A DNA stretch of 54,705 nucleotides from a virus (IMGVR_UViG_3300045539_000150:1-54705); one strand, 5' to 3'. Shown: positions 29,766 through 40,732, counted from the first letter of the stretch. The notes: generated from the letters alone by a model not told the origin. Numbers and translations: made by a program.

Positions 29766-30956
29766 TTATAGTTTCAAGAAAACCTTTCTTGTATCGACAT
29801 CGATTCTTGTTATAGAAACTGTGATTGGACTATTTTTTGTAAGTGCATCAATTTCCATACCCTCTGGCAATTCTGAAATATGAAGCAATCCAACAATACC
29901 ATCTCCAATATCCACAAATACACCATATTCTTTTACAGATTTAATTATACCTGTAACTTCAGTTGGAAAAGATTTATATTTTCCTGCGATTTCTTTCCAA
30001 GGATCTACTGTTTCTACCACATCAAGTTGAGTTAATGTAATTTTAGTATCGCTAATAATCTCCTTAACTTTAAATTCGATTTCATCGCCTGGTTGGATTT
30101 CTCTTGCCTTATGTTTCTTAGACATCTCTAATGATAAATCGTTAGAGTGAATCATTCCGGTTAAACAACCATCAAATTCAACGAATACTCCATATTTTGC
30201 AGAACCTGTAACGTTACCGATTTTAGATTCTCCAATGCTATTTCTAAGTTCCTCGACTTTATTAGGAATCATTGCCTGTAAATACTTTCTATGTGAAACA
30301 ATTACGGTACCTCTTTCTGGAGAGTAACTCATTGGCACAACATACATTTGTGTATTTAGTATTGATTCAAATTCTGCAAGTTTATTAATTCCTGCAAGAG
30401 AACCTGGCATAAAACAATCTACCCCTTGTACATTTACAAAATATCCTCCATTTGGAATCATTCCAGTTACAGTTCCAATATAAGCCATATTTCCTAATTC
30501 AATAGAAGCTAATATTTCTCTAAGTATTGCAGCTTTAATTCCAGCTTCAACCGATCCTAATACATATCCTCTGGCATGTTTATCTGCTGAGATTTCAACG
30601 TCAATGGTTTGTCCAGGAACTAATTTCGCTTTTGAAATTACTGATTCTCTTGACATATTTACATATACCATTTCCTTGTGACCAATATCTATTGAGGCCC
30701 ATTCCATATCCACAGAATATACAATTCCAGAATGTGTTTCTCCTGCGTTTACTGCAAATACAGGTGGATTGTTTGCCAATGCATTTTCCATTAAGTCATA
30801 AAGTTCTTGAGCGTACGGCTCTCTTGAATAAACCTTATGCCCATCCTTGGTTTTTACATGCGTGTTTGGTCTTTTGTAAGCTGAAGGACAATCAGCTAAG
30901 TGTGCATTCCAATCAAATCCTGGAATTCCTTCAGTTACTAATGCTTGTTTTGACAT
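29766..30956 (-). CDS. rpsA: Ribosomal protein bS1 homolog, four S1 domains
   Basis: S1 repeats ASIDIGHKEMVYV, GGYFVNVQGVDCFMPGS, YGVFVEFDGCLTGMIH, YGVFVDIGDGIVGLLHISEL; N-terminal FDW as in Bacteroidetes bS1. Confidence 0.9.
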   Translation of the reverse strand: MSKQALVTEGIPGFDWNAHLADCPSAYKRPNTHVKTKDGHKVYSREPYAQELYDLMENALANNPPVFAVNAGETHSGIVYSVDMEWASIDIGHKEMVYVNMSRESVISKAKLVPGQTIDVEISADKHARGYVLGSVEAGIKAAILREILASIELGNMAYIGTVTGMIPNGGYFVNVQGVDCFMPGSLAGINKLAEFESILNTQMYVVPMSYSPERGTVIVSHRKYLQAMIPNKVEELRNSIGESKIGNVTGSAKYGVFVEFDGCLTGMIHSNDLSLEMSKKHKAREIQPGDEIEFKVKEIISDTKITLTQLDVVETVDPWKEIAGKYKSFPTEVTGIIKSVKEYGVFVDIGDGIVGLLHISELPEGMEIDALTKNSPITVSITRIDVDTRKVFLKL

Positions 30957-31007
30957 TTTTTTTTGTTTTGAGTGTTAATAAATATTATAGATTATATATA
31001 TGTTTTT

Positions 31008-32942
31008 CTAGAAGGTAGTAGGACTAACACCTACCATAGGAATTGGTGGATTTGAAGGAATAAGCATTCCTCCTAAATATAAGAACTTAACTCCTAATAA
31101 ATGTTTTGCGCATGCAACCGATACTGCAGATGCAACGGCCTTTGAAGCAGTTGGAGTTAATGGTTGTTTTTTAAATCTCTTTCCAGTATTCCATGCCTTT
31201 CTTAAATCTCCAGCAAGTACATTCTTATTACCATATGATATTGGGGCATATTTACCACCTAATGGGGGTATAGAAGTACATGGTATTATTGGAGGACCTG
31301 GTTTAAAGGGTTGTACTGCCGTACTTTTCCAATAATCAATAATAGATTTTGCCATTAAATCATATCCATCTCCACCTTGGGAATCTTCCTCTGGTTTTCC
31401 AGCCATTGAATTACCCCATTTCATTAGAAGTGCATACCATTTATTTTTCTCTTCTAGATACTTTAAAATCTTTTGAGAATTTCTTCGTAATTCAGTCCTT
31501 TCATATCCCCAATCATTAAGTTTTCCAATAGCCTTTTCACCTGGTAATATTATTTTTCTATTAGAATATCCAGGCATTCTGTCATCAATTTGCTTAAAAA
31601 ATACAAATTTACAAATATCAGGTGCAGTTAACCATTCTGGAATCCTATTTTTATTATCGGAATGTTCCTCTTGAAAGATATATTCATTAATTGGATTTTT
31701 TATATCATCGGGTTTTGGAATTCCATAAATTTGCTTAAACGCATCCTCTTCTTTAAGGTTTTTATTTTCCTTTAGAATATCATTAATAACATCGCGTTCG
31801 GTTAAAGTACCCTTATATTCCTTTTCATATTTTTTAAGTTCAGACTCAAACTCTTTTTTTATATAAGCTAATGTAATTCCAAATACACCTCCTTGATTAC
31901 CTTGCTTATTAAATTGTTCCATCAATGTTTTTCTATAAGATTCTGCCTTTTTAAGAGCTCTATTATGCGCAATTTGATTCTTTATTTTTTCATATACTCC
32001 AATTGATTCTATTCCTAAAATTTCAAATATCTTCGATTTTATTTTTTTCCCGTATGCTTTATTATATCCAATATCTAATCTATCAACCCACTCTCCAAAC
32101 TCTGCACTTCCATCATTTTGATAAATAACGCGAAGAGCTATATTTTTAATACGTTCTTCTGGTGTCATATCTGCCATTATACCTCTTGGCTTTTTATCAG
32201 CAAAAGGATCTTTAATTACATCAATAACTGAAACACCTTCAGGTTTAATTTCCAAAGTTATTGTTTGGTTTATCTCTTTTAATAATGTAATTCCATCTGG
32301 AGAATAAACACCTTTAAAAATATAAACGTATGATCCGTTCTGAATAGGGGCAAGTATGCGTAATACATTATCAGATGCTATCTGGATAGGTTGATCCTCC
32401 CCGTTAATAGAATATAAGAATTTATAGTTTATTCCTTCTGTAAACCCTGAGATTGCCATGGTAATGTATTTTTCAGGAGGTCCTGGTTTTCCAGCTTCTT
32501 CTAATAAATTATAATCGATTACAGCGGCAACTTTTGGAGTTTCTTCAGTTGGACACGTAGATGGAAAGAATGGATAAAATATAAACTTTTCTAAGTTGTC
32601 TTTATTTTTCTCAGTCCATTTTTCAAGTTCACAATAAGGATCAAAGTTAACATCAGGTCCAGGGGATTTTTCAAACATATCAGCATACCTTGGATCGGTA
32701 GCCTTACTATCAAATAGTACTTCCTCTTCCTCGTATATTTTTTTAAATGCTTTTTTGAAACCCTCCTCCAGTATTGTCTTTTGACCAGGTTGGTGCATAT
32801 TGCCAAACATGGTTTGTGAAGTTTTTACACTATTAAAATATTCATTAGCTACAAATACTGCAAATTCATCTATACTAGAAGAACTTTGACTAGATAGTTT
32901 TGCAGATACTTTGTTAATAAAAATTGGCCATTGTGCAGGCAT
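31008..32942 (-). CDS. Hypothetical protein downstream of gp5 (644 aa)
   Basis: Long ORF with a class B motif upstream (32961-32969). Confidence 0.6.
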   Translation of the reverse strand: MPAQWPIFINKVSAKLSSQSSSSIDEFAVFVANEYFNSVKTSQTMFGNMHQPGQKTILEEGFKKAFKKIYEEEEVLFDSKATDPRYADMFEKSPGPDVNFDPYCELEKWTEKNKDNLEKFIFYPFFPSTCPTEETPKVAAVIDYNLLEEAGKPGPPEKYITMAISGFTEGINYKFLYSINGEDQPIQIASDNVLRILAPIQNGSYVYIFKGVYSPDGITLLKEINQTITLEIKPEGVSVIDVIKDPFADKKPRGIMADMTPEERIKNIALRVIYQNDGSAEFGEWVDRLDIGYNKAYGKKIKSKIFEILGIESIGVYEKIKNQIAHNRALKKAESYRKTLMEQFNKQGNQGGVFGITLAYIKKEFESELKKYEKEYKGTLTERDVINDILKENKNLKEEDAFKQIYGIPKPDDIKNPINEYIFQEEHSDNKNRIPEWLTAPDICKFVFFKQIDDRMPGYSNRKIILPGEKAIGKLNDWGYERTELRRNSQKILKYLEEKNKWYALLMKWGNSMAGKPEEDSQGGDGYDLMAKSIIDYWKSTAVQPFKPGPPIIPCTSIPPLGGKYAPISYGNKNVLAGDLRKAWNTGKRFKKQPLTPTASKAVASAVSVACAKHLLGVKFLYLGGMLIPSNPPIPMVGVSPTTF

Positions 32943-32969
32943 AATATATGTTTTATAAGTTTATATATC

Positions 32970-33689
32970 TTATTTACCTTTTTGCTGATAATCCTTATGA
33001 GAAGATTTTAAACTACTAATAGCAGATGGTGTTGCTGCGGTAGGTGGACCTGATGGTCCAACTCCTGTTGGGTGAAAATGACTTTTATAATCATCCAAAA
33101 ATTTATTCAACCATTTTTCTAAAGAAACTCCACGAACTGCAGGTTCAGCCTCATCTTCGCTACCTTCACCTGTATTACTTAAGAATATATTTCCAGAATC
33201 AAGGAATATCTTTTCGCTTGAAGATATTTTAATATAACCCTTTTCGTCAATTTGAATTAATGGTCTTTCCTTTGCTCCACTTCCTCGAGTAATTACTAAT
33301 CCATCCTCTGGTGAGTGATAGATTCTAATATTTCTTACTTCATCATATACCAATGAAACGACATCATTTGCCTTTCCAGACTTTTCTAATACATCTGCTT
33401 TAAGAGCTTTACTCTGATTTATTTGAAACCAATATTCTGGGTGATATATGTTTCCATTATCAAAACGAACCGCAACTATAGTGCCAACATTTGGAGTGTG
33501 ATGCGAACCAACAAAGTCCCTATTCATTGGAGTTGCCCATGGAATAGAATCATTTGGCAATTTATCAAATTTACCAAATACTTTTATTCTGCATCTTCCA
33601 AGAAATTTCGGATCATTATTATCTACAACCTCTCCTATCCAGTGGGTTTCTCTAATATTATCTTTGTCTAATTCAGTATCGGTAGCCAT
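32970..33689 (-). CDS. gp5: Baseplate hub/central spike, gp5 OB-fold (no lysozyme domain)
   Basis: GEVVDNNDPKFLGRCRIKVFG, IPWATP, PNVGTIVAVRFDNGNIYHPEY; apex HFHPTGVGPSGPP. Confidence 0.9.
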   Translation of the reverse strand: MATDTELDKDNIRETHWIGEVVDNNDPKFLGRCRIKVFGKFDKLPNDSIPWATPMNRDFVGSHHTPNVGTIVAVRFDNGNIYHPEYWFQINQSKALKADVLEKSGKANDVVSLVYDEVRNIRIYHSPEDGLVITRGSGAKERPLIQIDEKGYIKISSSEKIFLDSGNIFLSNTGEGSEDEAEPAVRGVSLEKWLNKFLDDYKSHFHPTGVGPSGPPTAATPSAISSLKSSHKDYQQKGK

Positions 33690-34894
33690 TAATTGTATAC
33701 GTTTCCTAGGTTATTTATTGCTTTTCCAGCTGCGACATCAAGTCCCTGTTTTATGGTAGCTCCAGCTACATTATCATTTACATTTGCCTGTATTGCATTT
33801 CCAATATTTCTACTCTGTTGTGTTATGTCGGTTGCGTTATCAATCTTTCTTACGAAATTTGAAAATACATTTTCAAATGATGGAATTCTATTTACAGTTT
33901 TATTTCTAATTTCCTGTACAAGTTCTCTCTTTTTATCTTCGGCTAATTTCTTTAAAGCTTCTTTTCCTTTTTTCTCAGCTTCTTCCATTTTGCCTTTAAG
34001 TTTATCCTTTGCAAATTCTAAAGGTGTTTTGCTTGAAGCTTCAAAAAATTCAGAGTCAGGTGCCGGTGATAAATAGTCTTTTGTATGTTCTAATTCTTTT
34101 ATAATTCCATTAAGTACCCTTGCTTCTATTTTGTTATAATTTTCATATTTAATAGTAATTGCATTTGCAGCAGGGGCTTCGGGACTTTTAGAAAGATCTG
34201 CAAAAATTGCAGTTCCAGTTGTCATATCGAATTCACAGTAATTTAATCCAACCATAAAATATGGACGACCAGTGTCTCCCATAATGCCTGCATTTAAATT
34301 TTCCACATCGATTTTTGGTTTCATATTATCTGGAAATCCAGAAATTGCATCTTTATTTAATTTCTTGGGTATACCTGAAACCTTTGTACTTGTATTTACT
34401 TGTATGCTTCTAACCTCAGTAACATATACGTACATTGAAAATTTTCTAAGGTTAGATGGTAATATATAAGATCGCTTTCTATCATCGTATATTGCATGAC
34501 GATATAGGTGCATAAGACCTGCGATTGGTAAATTTAATGATTCTAACGTATCTATTTCAATTTTAGCATCATCACCTCCTAAATATGCTTCATTTGGGTC
34601 ATGTTGGAAAATTCTTTCTAATCCTTTTAATGATTGCCAATACCATGGCATTTCATTATTAATTACCAATAAGGCGGTTTTAAATTCTTTAAAACTTGCT
34701 AAAGCCTCTGCATAAAAAGGATCTTCTGTTGATAATCTTGTTAAAAAATCTTCAGCAGGTCCTGCTAATAGTGGTGAATTCTCAGGATTATATACATCAA
34801 ACAATATTGCAAAGGAAAGATAGGTCGGATCCTGGTATGGATATAATCTATATGAACCTTTCTTGAAATCCGATACATTTTTAAAATCTGACAT
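33689..34894 (-). CDS. Putative baseplate/tail-tube-associated protein
   Basis: Coupled to gp5; class B motif upstream; family not firmly recognised. Confidence 0.5.
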   Translation of the reverse strand: MSDFKNVSDFKKGSYRLYPYQDPTYLSFAILFDVYNPENSPLLAGPAEDFLTRLSTEDPFYAEALASFKEFKTALLVINNEMPWYWQSLKGLERIFQHDPNEAYLGGDDAKIEIDTLESLNLPIAGLMHLYRHAIYDDRKRSYILPSNLRKFSMYVYVTEVRSIQVNTSTKVSGIPKKLNKDAISGFPDNMKPKIDVENLNAGIMGDTGRPYFMVGLNYCEFDMTTGTAIFADLSKSPEAPAANAITIKYENYNKIEARVLNGIIKELEHTKDYLSPAPDSEFFEASSKTPLEFAKDKLKGKMEEAEKKGKEALKKLAEDKKRELVQEIRNKTVNRIPSFENVFSNFVRKIDNATDITQQSRNIGNAIQANVNDNVAGATIKQGLDVAAGKAINNLGNVYN

Positions 34895-34928
34895 GTATTA
34901 TATATTGTTTTTATTTAATAGTTATAAT

Positions 34929-37091
34929 TTAACCTTTCATTAATTCAGCAGAATTTGCTTCCTCAGTTTGTGCTAGAACATCCTTCAAATTATCGCCTTC
35001 TACTTTACCATTTTTAGGAACATCATAATCATTTTTCTTAGCATCAGCTTGTAAAACATAGCTACCTACGAATATGCCAGGGTCTGGACCGTATTTTACT
35101 TCCCATGCAAAAACCTTTTTACTTTTGGAGGCGTTTACAGCACCCTGATCTACGATTTCTCCTGTTTTCCATGGTCGCCATGTAAAATCAACTTCTTTTT
35201 CAACAGTTTGGGCTTTATATGTTAATGTTACCTTTAATTTATATTTACCAGTTTTATCTTTAAAAGTATCTTTAGGTATGGTTGCAGTTATATTATATCT
35301 GTCCCATGAATCTCCTTCATATTCCATGGTTGCTTTTGCATCAAATTCTGCCTCAGAAGGTCCTGTAAATTTCATTTTTATTTTAGGAACTTCTGTAACT
35401 AACGCTTTATCGTCTGCTGACCATTTAAATTTAGGATTAAACTCATACCAATATCCTAAACCATTTTGATATTTGAAATAATCTAAATTTAAATCAAGAA
35501 CAGGTTCTTTTATTGGTTCCGGAGCAGGCGGCGGTGGTTCTGGAGCAGGTGGTTCAACAATAGGTGGAGCAGGTGGAGTTTCCTTTGGTTTTGCAGCAGG
35601 TGGGGTTACCGTTTCCTTATTAATATTATTCATTCTACTTGGCCATTCTCTTCTTAATAGATTAAGTTTTTGACCTATACTAGCATCTCCTGTCTTGTAC
35701 GTGTATTGAATCCCTCCTATTATATAATAACCACTTAAAAATTCATCAACCACATATGTACCTGGATCCCCTACCTCAGTGTCTTCTACCTTTTTTGTAT
35801 CAAACCCTGCAGTATCTTTAAGTTCCTTTATTGTTTTATCAGCTTGTAATACTTCCGAATTATTAGTATAAATAAATACAGGTATTTTATGATATCTGTG
35901 TAGAGCTGGATTAAACGTTTGTAATTCAATGTCTAATGACATTTTCTGGATTTCATCTAGATTTTGAGCATTCGATATTGCAGAATATTCATAATTTAAA
36001 TGAGTGTTTCCAGATTCAGGATCTCCTGATTTTCTACCAACATACTTATACTTAATTTCATTTTTATATCTTTCCTCATCTCTTCTACCTTTCATTGGTT
36101 CAACAATATCATTCATCGTTTTACTAACAAGAGGTTCTATATCATGCGAAACCAATCCTTCATCGGAATCGTTTTCATAATATTGCAATACTCTTTTATA
36201 TCCATTCTTTTTAGTAGAAGCACCTGACTTATTCTTTAATGACTGTGCTGTAATAAATCTATTTGTCCCGGAATCACGTTTATGATTTGAAAGAACTAAT
36301 GGTAAAGTTGCCTGATTCAATGAATCTTCGACGTCCGATGTATTCATATCTGCGTAATCTACTCCAAACGCAAGGATCGCATCCTCTAACGTTTCTTCAG
36401 AATCAAATAGCTTATTTAAATTTACATAATTTAAATAATAATGAGGATCAATACTATATGATTGAAAACTATCCTCATCAATATAAGAGTGCCTAACTAA
36501 ATCTTCTAATGTATCATGTATAGAATTGAATGGTATAACCAAATTCATTGAGTCATCGGTTGAATCAATATTTGTGGCAACACCTAATTTTAAATCATTT
36601 GCAATTGCTTCAATATGGTCTAATGATGTTCCAACCCCATACGATTTACAATCTTCAGCGTATAATCCAGGAATTTTAATCCTGCCGGCTAATGTATATT
36701 TTCCACCTTTAGAATCTCCTTTTTGATTCGGAGATTCAACTCGTATAATATCGAAATCCATTCTAATTGCCTTATACGTTGTTTTATCAAGATTTCCCAT
36801 TCTAAAATTAATTACATCTCCATCTCTAGGAAATGTATCAACACTAAATTGTCCCTTTGAATCTACCAACGTAATATCTAAAGTAGGTAAAGTTCCAGTG
36901 CAATCTAAATTCATTCGCAAAATATCATCCATTGCAAATTCATATCGATTAATTAATACAGTAATATCTAATCCTCCACTAGTAATTGCTTTATCATTTC
37001 CTTCATCTTCTTTAAATGACTCAAATTGCAATGTATCTAATACTATCGTAGGTTCTGTTATTGTTAATATGTGATTATCTATTGATGCCAT
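34929..37091 (-). CDS. Baseplate hub (gp27-like) with Pro-rich linker and C-terminal extra domain
   Basis: Position between gp53 and gp5; FLSGYYIIGGIQYTY...QKLNLLRRE hub C-terminal motif; PPAPPIVEPPAPEPPPPAPEP linker. Confidence 0.65.
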   Translation of the reverse strand: MASIDNHILTITEPTIVLDTLQFESFKEDEGNDKAITSGGLDITVLINRYEFAMDDILRMNLDCTGTLPTLDITLVDSKGQFSVDTFPRDGDVINFRMGNLDKTTYKAIRMDFDIIRVESPNQKGDSKGGKYTLAGRIKIPGLYAEDCKSYGVGTSLDHIEAIANDLKLGVATNIDSTDDSMNLVIPFNSIHDTLEDLVRHSYIDEDSFQSYSIDPHYYLNYVNLNKLFDSEETLEDAILAFGVDYADMNTSDVEDSLNQATLPLVLSNHKRDSGTNRFITAQSLKNKSGASTKKNGYKRVLQYYENDSDEGLVSHDIEPLVSKTMNDIVEPMKGRRDEERYKNEIKYKYVGRKSGDPESGNTHLNYEYSAISNAQNLDEIQKMSLDIELQTFNPALHRYHKIPVFIYTNNSEVLQADKTIKELKDTAGFDTKKVEDTEVGDPGTYVVDEFLSGYYIIGGIQYTYKTGDASIGQKLNLLRREWPSRMNNINKETVTPPAAKPKETPPAPPIVEPPAPEPPPPAPEPIKEPVLDLNLDYFKYQNGLGYWYEFNPKFKWSADDKALVTEVPKIKMKFTGPSEAEFDAKATMEYEGDSWDRYNITATIPKDTFKDKTGKYKLKVTLTYKAQTVEKEVDFTWRPWKTGEIVDQGAVNASKSKKVFAWEVKYGPDPGIFVGSYVLQADAKKNDYDVPKNGKVEGDNLKDVLAQTEEANSAELMKG

Positions 37092-37093
37092 TA

Positions 37094-37594
37094 TTATATA
37101 GTTATTGTACCGTTTCCGATAGTTATGTTAGTATCGCCTTCTTTAAGAATATTAGGAGGTAATATCTGTGATGAACCATTTGCTTTTTGTGCAGCCTTTC
37201 TTTGAAGATACTCTATTCTTTTTGCATCTTTAATAGGAAGACGTTTAGTATCGATAAACTGATCTCTAATAGAAATAGCATCTGTAGATTTCTGTACCAT
37301 TTTAATTGGATTTATCGTGGCAAGTACTGCAGTATTCTGTGGAATATTTAATACATCTCCTAAATTTATTGAAAAAGGATTTGATATGTTATTCCATTTT
37401 AAAATATAATCTGCATAGTTTGCATCGCGATAATATTTCAAAGATATTAAATCGATACGACCTATTTCATCGTCTGTTACTATGTGTTCCGCTATTGTTT
37501 CAGTCTCTTTTATAAATACAACAGTCGGAGTAGTAAACACTATTTTACTAGAACCCTTATTTGCACTCTTTTTTTCTAATGTATTAAATTTCAT
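37094..37594 (-). CDS. gp53: Baseplate wedge gp53-like LysM-fold protein
   Basis: GRIDLISLKYYRDANYADYILKWNNISNPFSINLGDVLNIP. Confidence 0.85.
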   Translation of the reverse strand: MKFNTLEKKSANKGSSKIVFTTPTVVFIKETETIAEHIVTDDEIGRIDLISLKYYRDANYADYILKWNNISNPFSINLGDVLNIPQNTAVLATINPIKMVQKSTDAISIRDQFIDTKRLPIKDAKRIEYLQRKAAQKANGSSQILPPNILKEGDTNITIGNGTITI

Positions 37595-39384
37595 TATCCA
37601 TTACTTAATTTTCTAAACGTATTAATAAAATCGTCCTTTTTAGGTTTTCCACCATCTTTATTTCCATATGCACTAACATCTGATGTTTTATTAATATCGG
37701 CAACATCATCAGGTTGAACATAAAATCTTCCTCTACCTGAGTTAAACATTGATTCTATTTCGGATTTATCACGGGGTCTTGCTGGTTTTAATTTAATAAC
37801 AACTACCATTCTCTCTGGAAAATCATGTAATGTAGTAGGTCCTTCAAAATTAATTTCACAATCCTGCAATGCAAGATTTCCTACTACCATAATTGGATTT
37901 AATGGATTACCAACAGTAACATGCCATTGTCCAGTAGGATCTCCTGTTAATAATGCCGCGGCTGCTTGTCCACCTTGTGGCGTATTAAACATTTCCATTA
38001 AACTACCTCCGATTAGATTATTTAAAAGTTTATTATTTGCTAAATTTTTAAAATTAGCAGGATCTGCAATTCCCTTAAACATATTACCCATATCACTCAC
38101 AATTGAACCTAAAAAACCTCCATAATCTCCTGATTTAAGTTTTGCTAAATCTCCTAATGGTTTTGCAACAGAACCATCACTGATATACCTTACACTTCCT
38201 CCCCAGAATGGAGCATTATTATATGTAAGTGCAAGAATATTTGCAAGTTGGTCAAGCATCATAATCTTTGGATTAACTCCTTCAAAACTTTTAAGTTCAT
38301 ATTCAAATTTTAATGTAAACTCTTGTTCAAACTTAAGACCTTGTTCTCTTACTAAGGTATTTTTAATAACATTCAATGGACCGAATACGTGATTTGGATA
38401 GGTCGCAGAAAATGCATCAAATCCAGCGTTTTGCTTATTTGCATTCGCAGAAACTGCGTCTCGACCAGCGCCTGCGTTTGCAGCTGCACTTAAAAATTTA
38501 TTACTTTCAACTATACTTCCAAATTTACCACTGGCTGCTCCTTGTTTAGATTGTAATTCTTGAACACCCGCTTCCGCATTCTTCCACTCGAAACCATGAC
38601 TGAATTTTAAAATAGTAGCTAAAGAATTTCCAGGAGCTTCTCCTAACCAAGTTACTGCTCTTGCAATATCAGGCTGTGCCACCTTTTCTAATGTTTTTCC
38701 ATCTGCTGAAAGAGCTTTAGGTGTAATAATATCGTCAGTTACTGGATATGCAAATCTCCTTAGAGTTATAAGCATATTATTAGGAATTTTACCAAAGTAC
38801 TTTGTTAAAGCAAAATCAGAGTATTGATATCTATATCCGTAATTTCCTTCTATTTTACCAGTTATTTCTATTATTTGAGTAGCTGTTGGATTAATTAAAC
38901 TCATCGGATCTATTTTTCGATATCTTCCAGTGGCAACATTAAGTCCATCTGCTGTAATATCTAATGGAGTTCCTCTATAATTTATTAATGAATATTTATT
39001 AAATGCAGAATATGGTCTATTACCTATTGTAATTATTTTACCCTTAGTAGCATCTGCTGCTGTTGATTTATAAGTTTCAGATTCAAATTCTTCAACATAA
39101 TATTTTGATTTATCAGTATCGATTATAGTAAAAGGCTCATCGGTAGCTAATGCCTTTGCCGCAGTTTGGTCAGGTTCCTTAAGAGACTTAAGTGTTTTGT
39201 TCTTTGGCTTCTTACTATTTGCAGTATTAGTAGGATCTTCACCATCAATATCATATCCGGTAATGCTTTTAGTTGCACTAATAAATCCTTTACCTAATTT
39301 TGTTTTCTTTGCATAGGCAAAACCGGCACTTACTTCTTTTTTGGTTGCGTCAGCTAGTTTTTCAAAATAACCTTTTTCTGCCAT
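37594..39384 (-). CDS. Tail-tube initiator / baseplate cap (gp48-like)
   Basis: EFTLKFEYEL...NLALQDCEINFEG...FPERMVVVIKLK tube-fold pattern; precedes gp53 as in T4-like phages. Confidence 0.55.
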   Translation of the reverse strand: MAEKGYFEKLADATKKEVSAGFAYAKKTKLGKGFISATKSITGYDIDGEDPTNTANSKKPKNKTLKSLKEPDQTAAKALATDEPFTIIDTDKSKYYVEEFESETYKSTAADATKGKIITIGNRPYSAFNKYSLINYRGTPLDITADGLNVATGRYRKIDPMSLINPTATQIIEITGKIEGNYGYRYQYSDFALTKYFGKIPNNMLITLRRFAYPVTDDIITPKALSADGKTLEKVAQPDIARAVTWLGEAPGNSLATILKFSHGFEWKNAEAGVQELQSKQGAASGKFGSIVESNKFLSAAANAGAGRDAVSANANKQNAGFDAFSATYPNHVFGPLNVIKNTLVREQGLKFEQEFTLKFEYELKSFEGVNPKIMMLDQLANILALTYNNAPFWGGSVRYISDGSVAKPLGDLAKLKSGDYGGFLGSIVSDMGNMFKGIADPANFKNLANNKLLNNLIGGSLMEMFNTPQGGQAAAALLTGDPTGQWHVTVGNPLNPIMVVGNLALQDCEINFEGPTTLHDFPERMVVVIKLKPARPRDKSEIESMFNSGRGRFYVQPDDVADINKTSDVSAYGNKDGGKPKKDDFINTFRKLSNG

Positions 39385-39386
39385 TT

Positions 39387-39422
39387 TATTTAGATATATT
39401 TATTTTATTATATATCTAAATA
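39387..39422 (-). promoter_or_regulatory. 13-bp inverted repeat overlapping class B motif (39409-39416), ending 2 nt before the ATG
   Basis: TATTTAGATATAT / ATATATCTAAATA, 10-nt loop. Confidence 0.6.
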
Positions 39423-39428
39423 TTTTAT

Positions 39429-40016
39429 TTACTCCAATTGATCGAGTTCAAACGATTTTGGTCTGTGTAATAATTTATCAAAGTAATCTGGAGTTGCTCC
39501 TGCTCTATCATCTAGGAACTTCTTGATATGCGCCTGAAACACTCCTTTACTTTCATAATAATATTTACCCTTAGAATAAGTGTTTCGTGTGGATAATTCA
39601 TATAAATCCTTGATGGTTTTCTCAATAAAGAAATCCTGTATGTTATTATATAACTCCGTAATTTCTCCATACGTTCTAACACACATTACAGAATCCACAA
39701 CAATAAGATATGTTTCCCATTTTGAATCTATATGGTTTTGAAAGTCTTTAATGTTTGAATATTTTTGTCTTGAAATTCTAAATGAAGTAAGTGCTCCATT
39801 AAAATTCCTATCAAACTTCATATCAAACATATATCTTTTTAGGAAATCGATATCATCGTAGAATTTGGTAATGCGTATTTGGTATCTTGGCATTTTATCA
39901 CTGAATTCAACATCATGGATTATTGCTCTAACTGGAAAAACCACGTTATTATATCTATTGTTTGATATAAGTACGTGAATATGTTCTCCCTTTGAAAAAA
40001 GCTTATGTCTTATCAT
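39429..40016 (-). CDS. Hypothetical protein (195 aa)
   Basis: Coupled ORF. Confidence 0.65.
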   Translation of the reverse strand: MIRHKLFSKGEHIHVLISNNRYNNVVFPVRAIIHDVEFSDKMPRYQIRITKFYDDIDFLKRYMFDMKFDRNFNGALTSFRISRQKYSNIKDFQNHIDSKWETYLIVVDSVMCVRTYGEITELYNNIQDFFIEKTIKDLYELSTRNTYSKGKYYYESKGVFQAHIKKFLDDRAGATPDYFDKLLHRPKSFELDQLE

Positions 40017-40417
40017 TTTTTAATAATATTAACTGAACTAAATAGATCTAATAGATTTTGCTCTATCTTTACGTTGCTATGAATAATTGTTAATATTATT
40101 GTATGTTCTCGTTCGGATTGAGAATCTATTAAGTTTTTGAAATTATTTGCAATTTCAAATTCAAGGTTTTTAAAAAAATAAATAATGCGAGTTACCTCGA
40201 TATTATCATGTCGTAATTGTCGCGATATTTCGTTTATAATAGTTAATCCAATAATTGAATCGCTGGGTTCTTGTCCATAGGGATCTGCTTTAATAAGTTT
40301 ATTTTTAATTGAAACATTGTCGATTACTCTAGTTGACAACTTATCAATATCTTTTATAAACCTATTAAACTCTCTTCTGGATGGACACCATACACATTCA
40401 ATTATTAAGTCATTCAT
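40013..40417 (-). CDS. Hypothetical protein (134 aa)
   Basis: Coupled ORF (ATGA overlap with next gene). Confidence 0.65.
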   Translation of the reverse strand: MNDLIIECVWCPSRREFNRFIKDIDKLSTRVIDNVSIKNKLIKADPYGQEPSDSIIGLTIINEISRQLRHDNIEVTRIIYFFKNLEFEIANNFKNLIDSQSEREHTIILTIIHSNVKIEQNLLDLFSSVNIIKK

Positions 40418-40420
40418 TTA

Positions 40421-40732
40421 TTATTTTTTAGAGGGAACTAATTCTTTTAATTGAATTTTTAACCTCTCTATTTTTTCCAATTTCTCTTCATTGGATGAAT
40501 TATAATCTTCTCCCCAATCTTCGATAATTTTTATTTGATGTTTACTTTTTGAATTACCAAATGATAACCCAATATCCATGCATAATTCATGAATGAATTT
40601 AATTTTATTAGATTGAACTTCGAAATCATATAATGTAGTTGATTCAAAACTTTCACCTGCTGAATTAATATTATCATCTAGAACTGTTTTAATAACACCA
40701 TTATCTGCTAATGTTATTTTAACTGTTTGCAT
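40421..40732 (-). CDS. Hypothetical protein (103 aa)
   Basis: Coupled ORF. Confidence 0.65.
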   Translation of the reverse strand: MQTVKITLADNGVIKTVLDDNINSAGESFESTTLYDFEVQSNKIKFIHELCMDIGLSFGNSKSKHQIKIIEDWGEDYNSSNEEKLEKIERLKIQLKELVPSKK

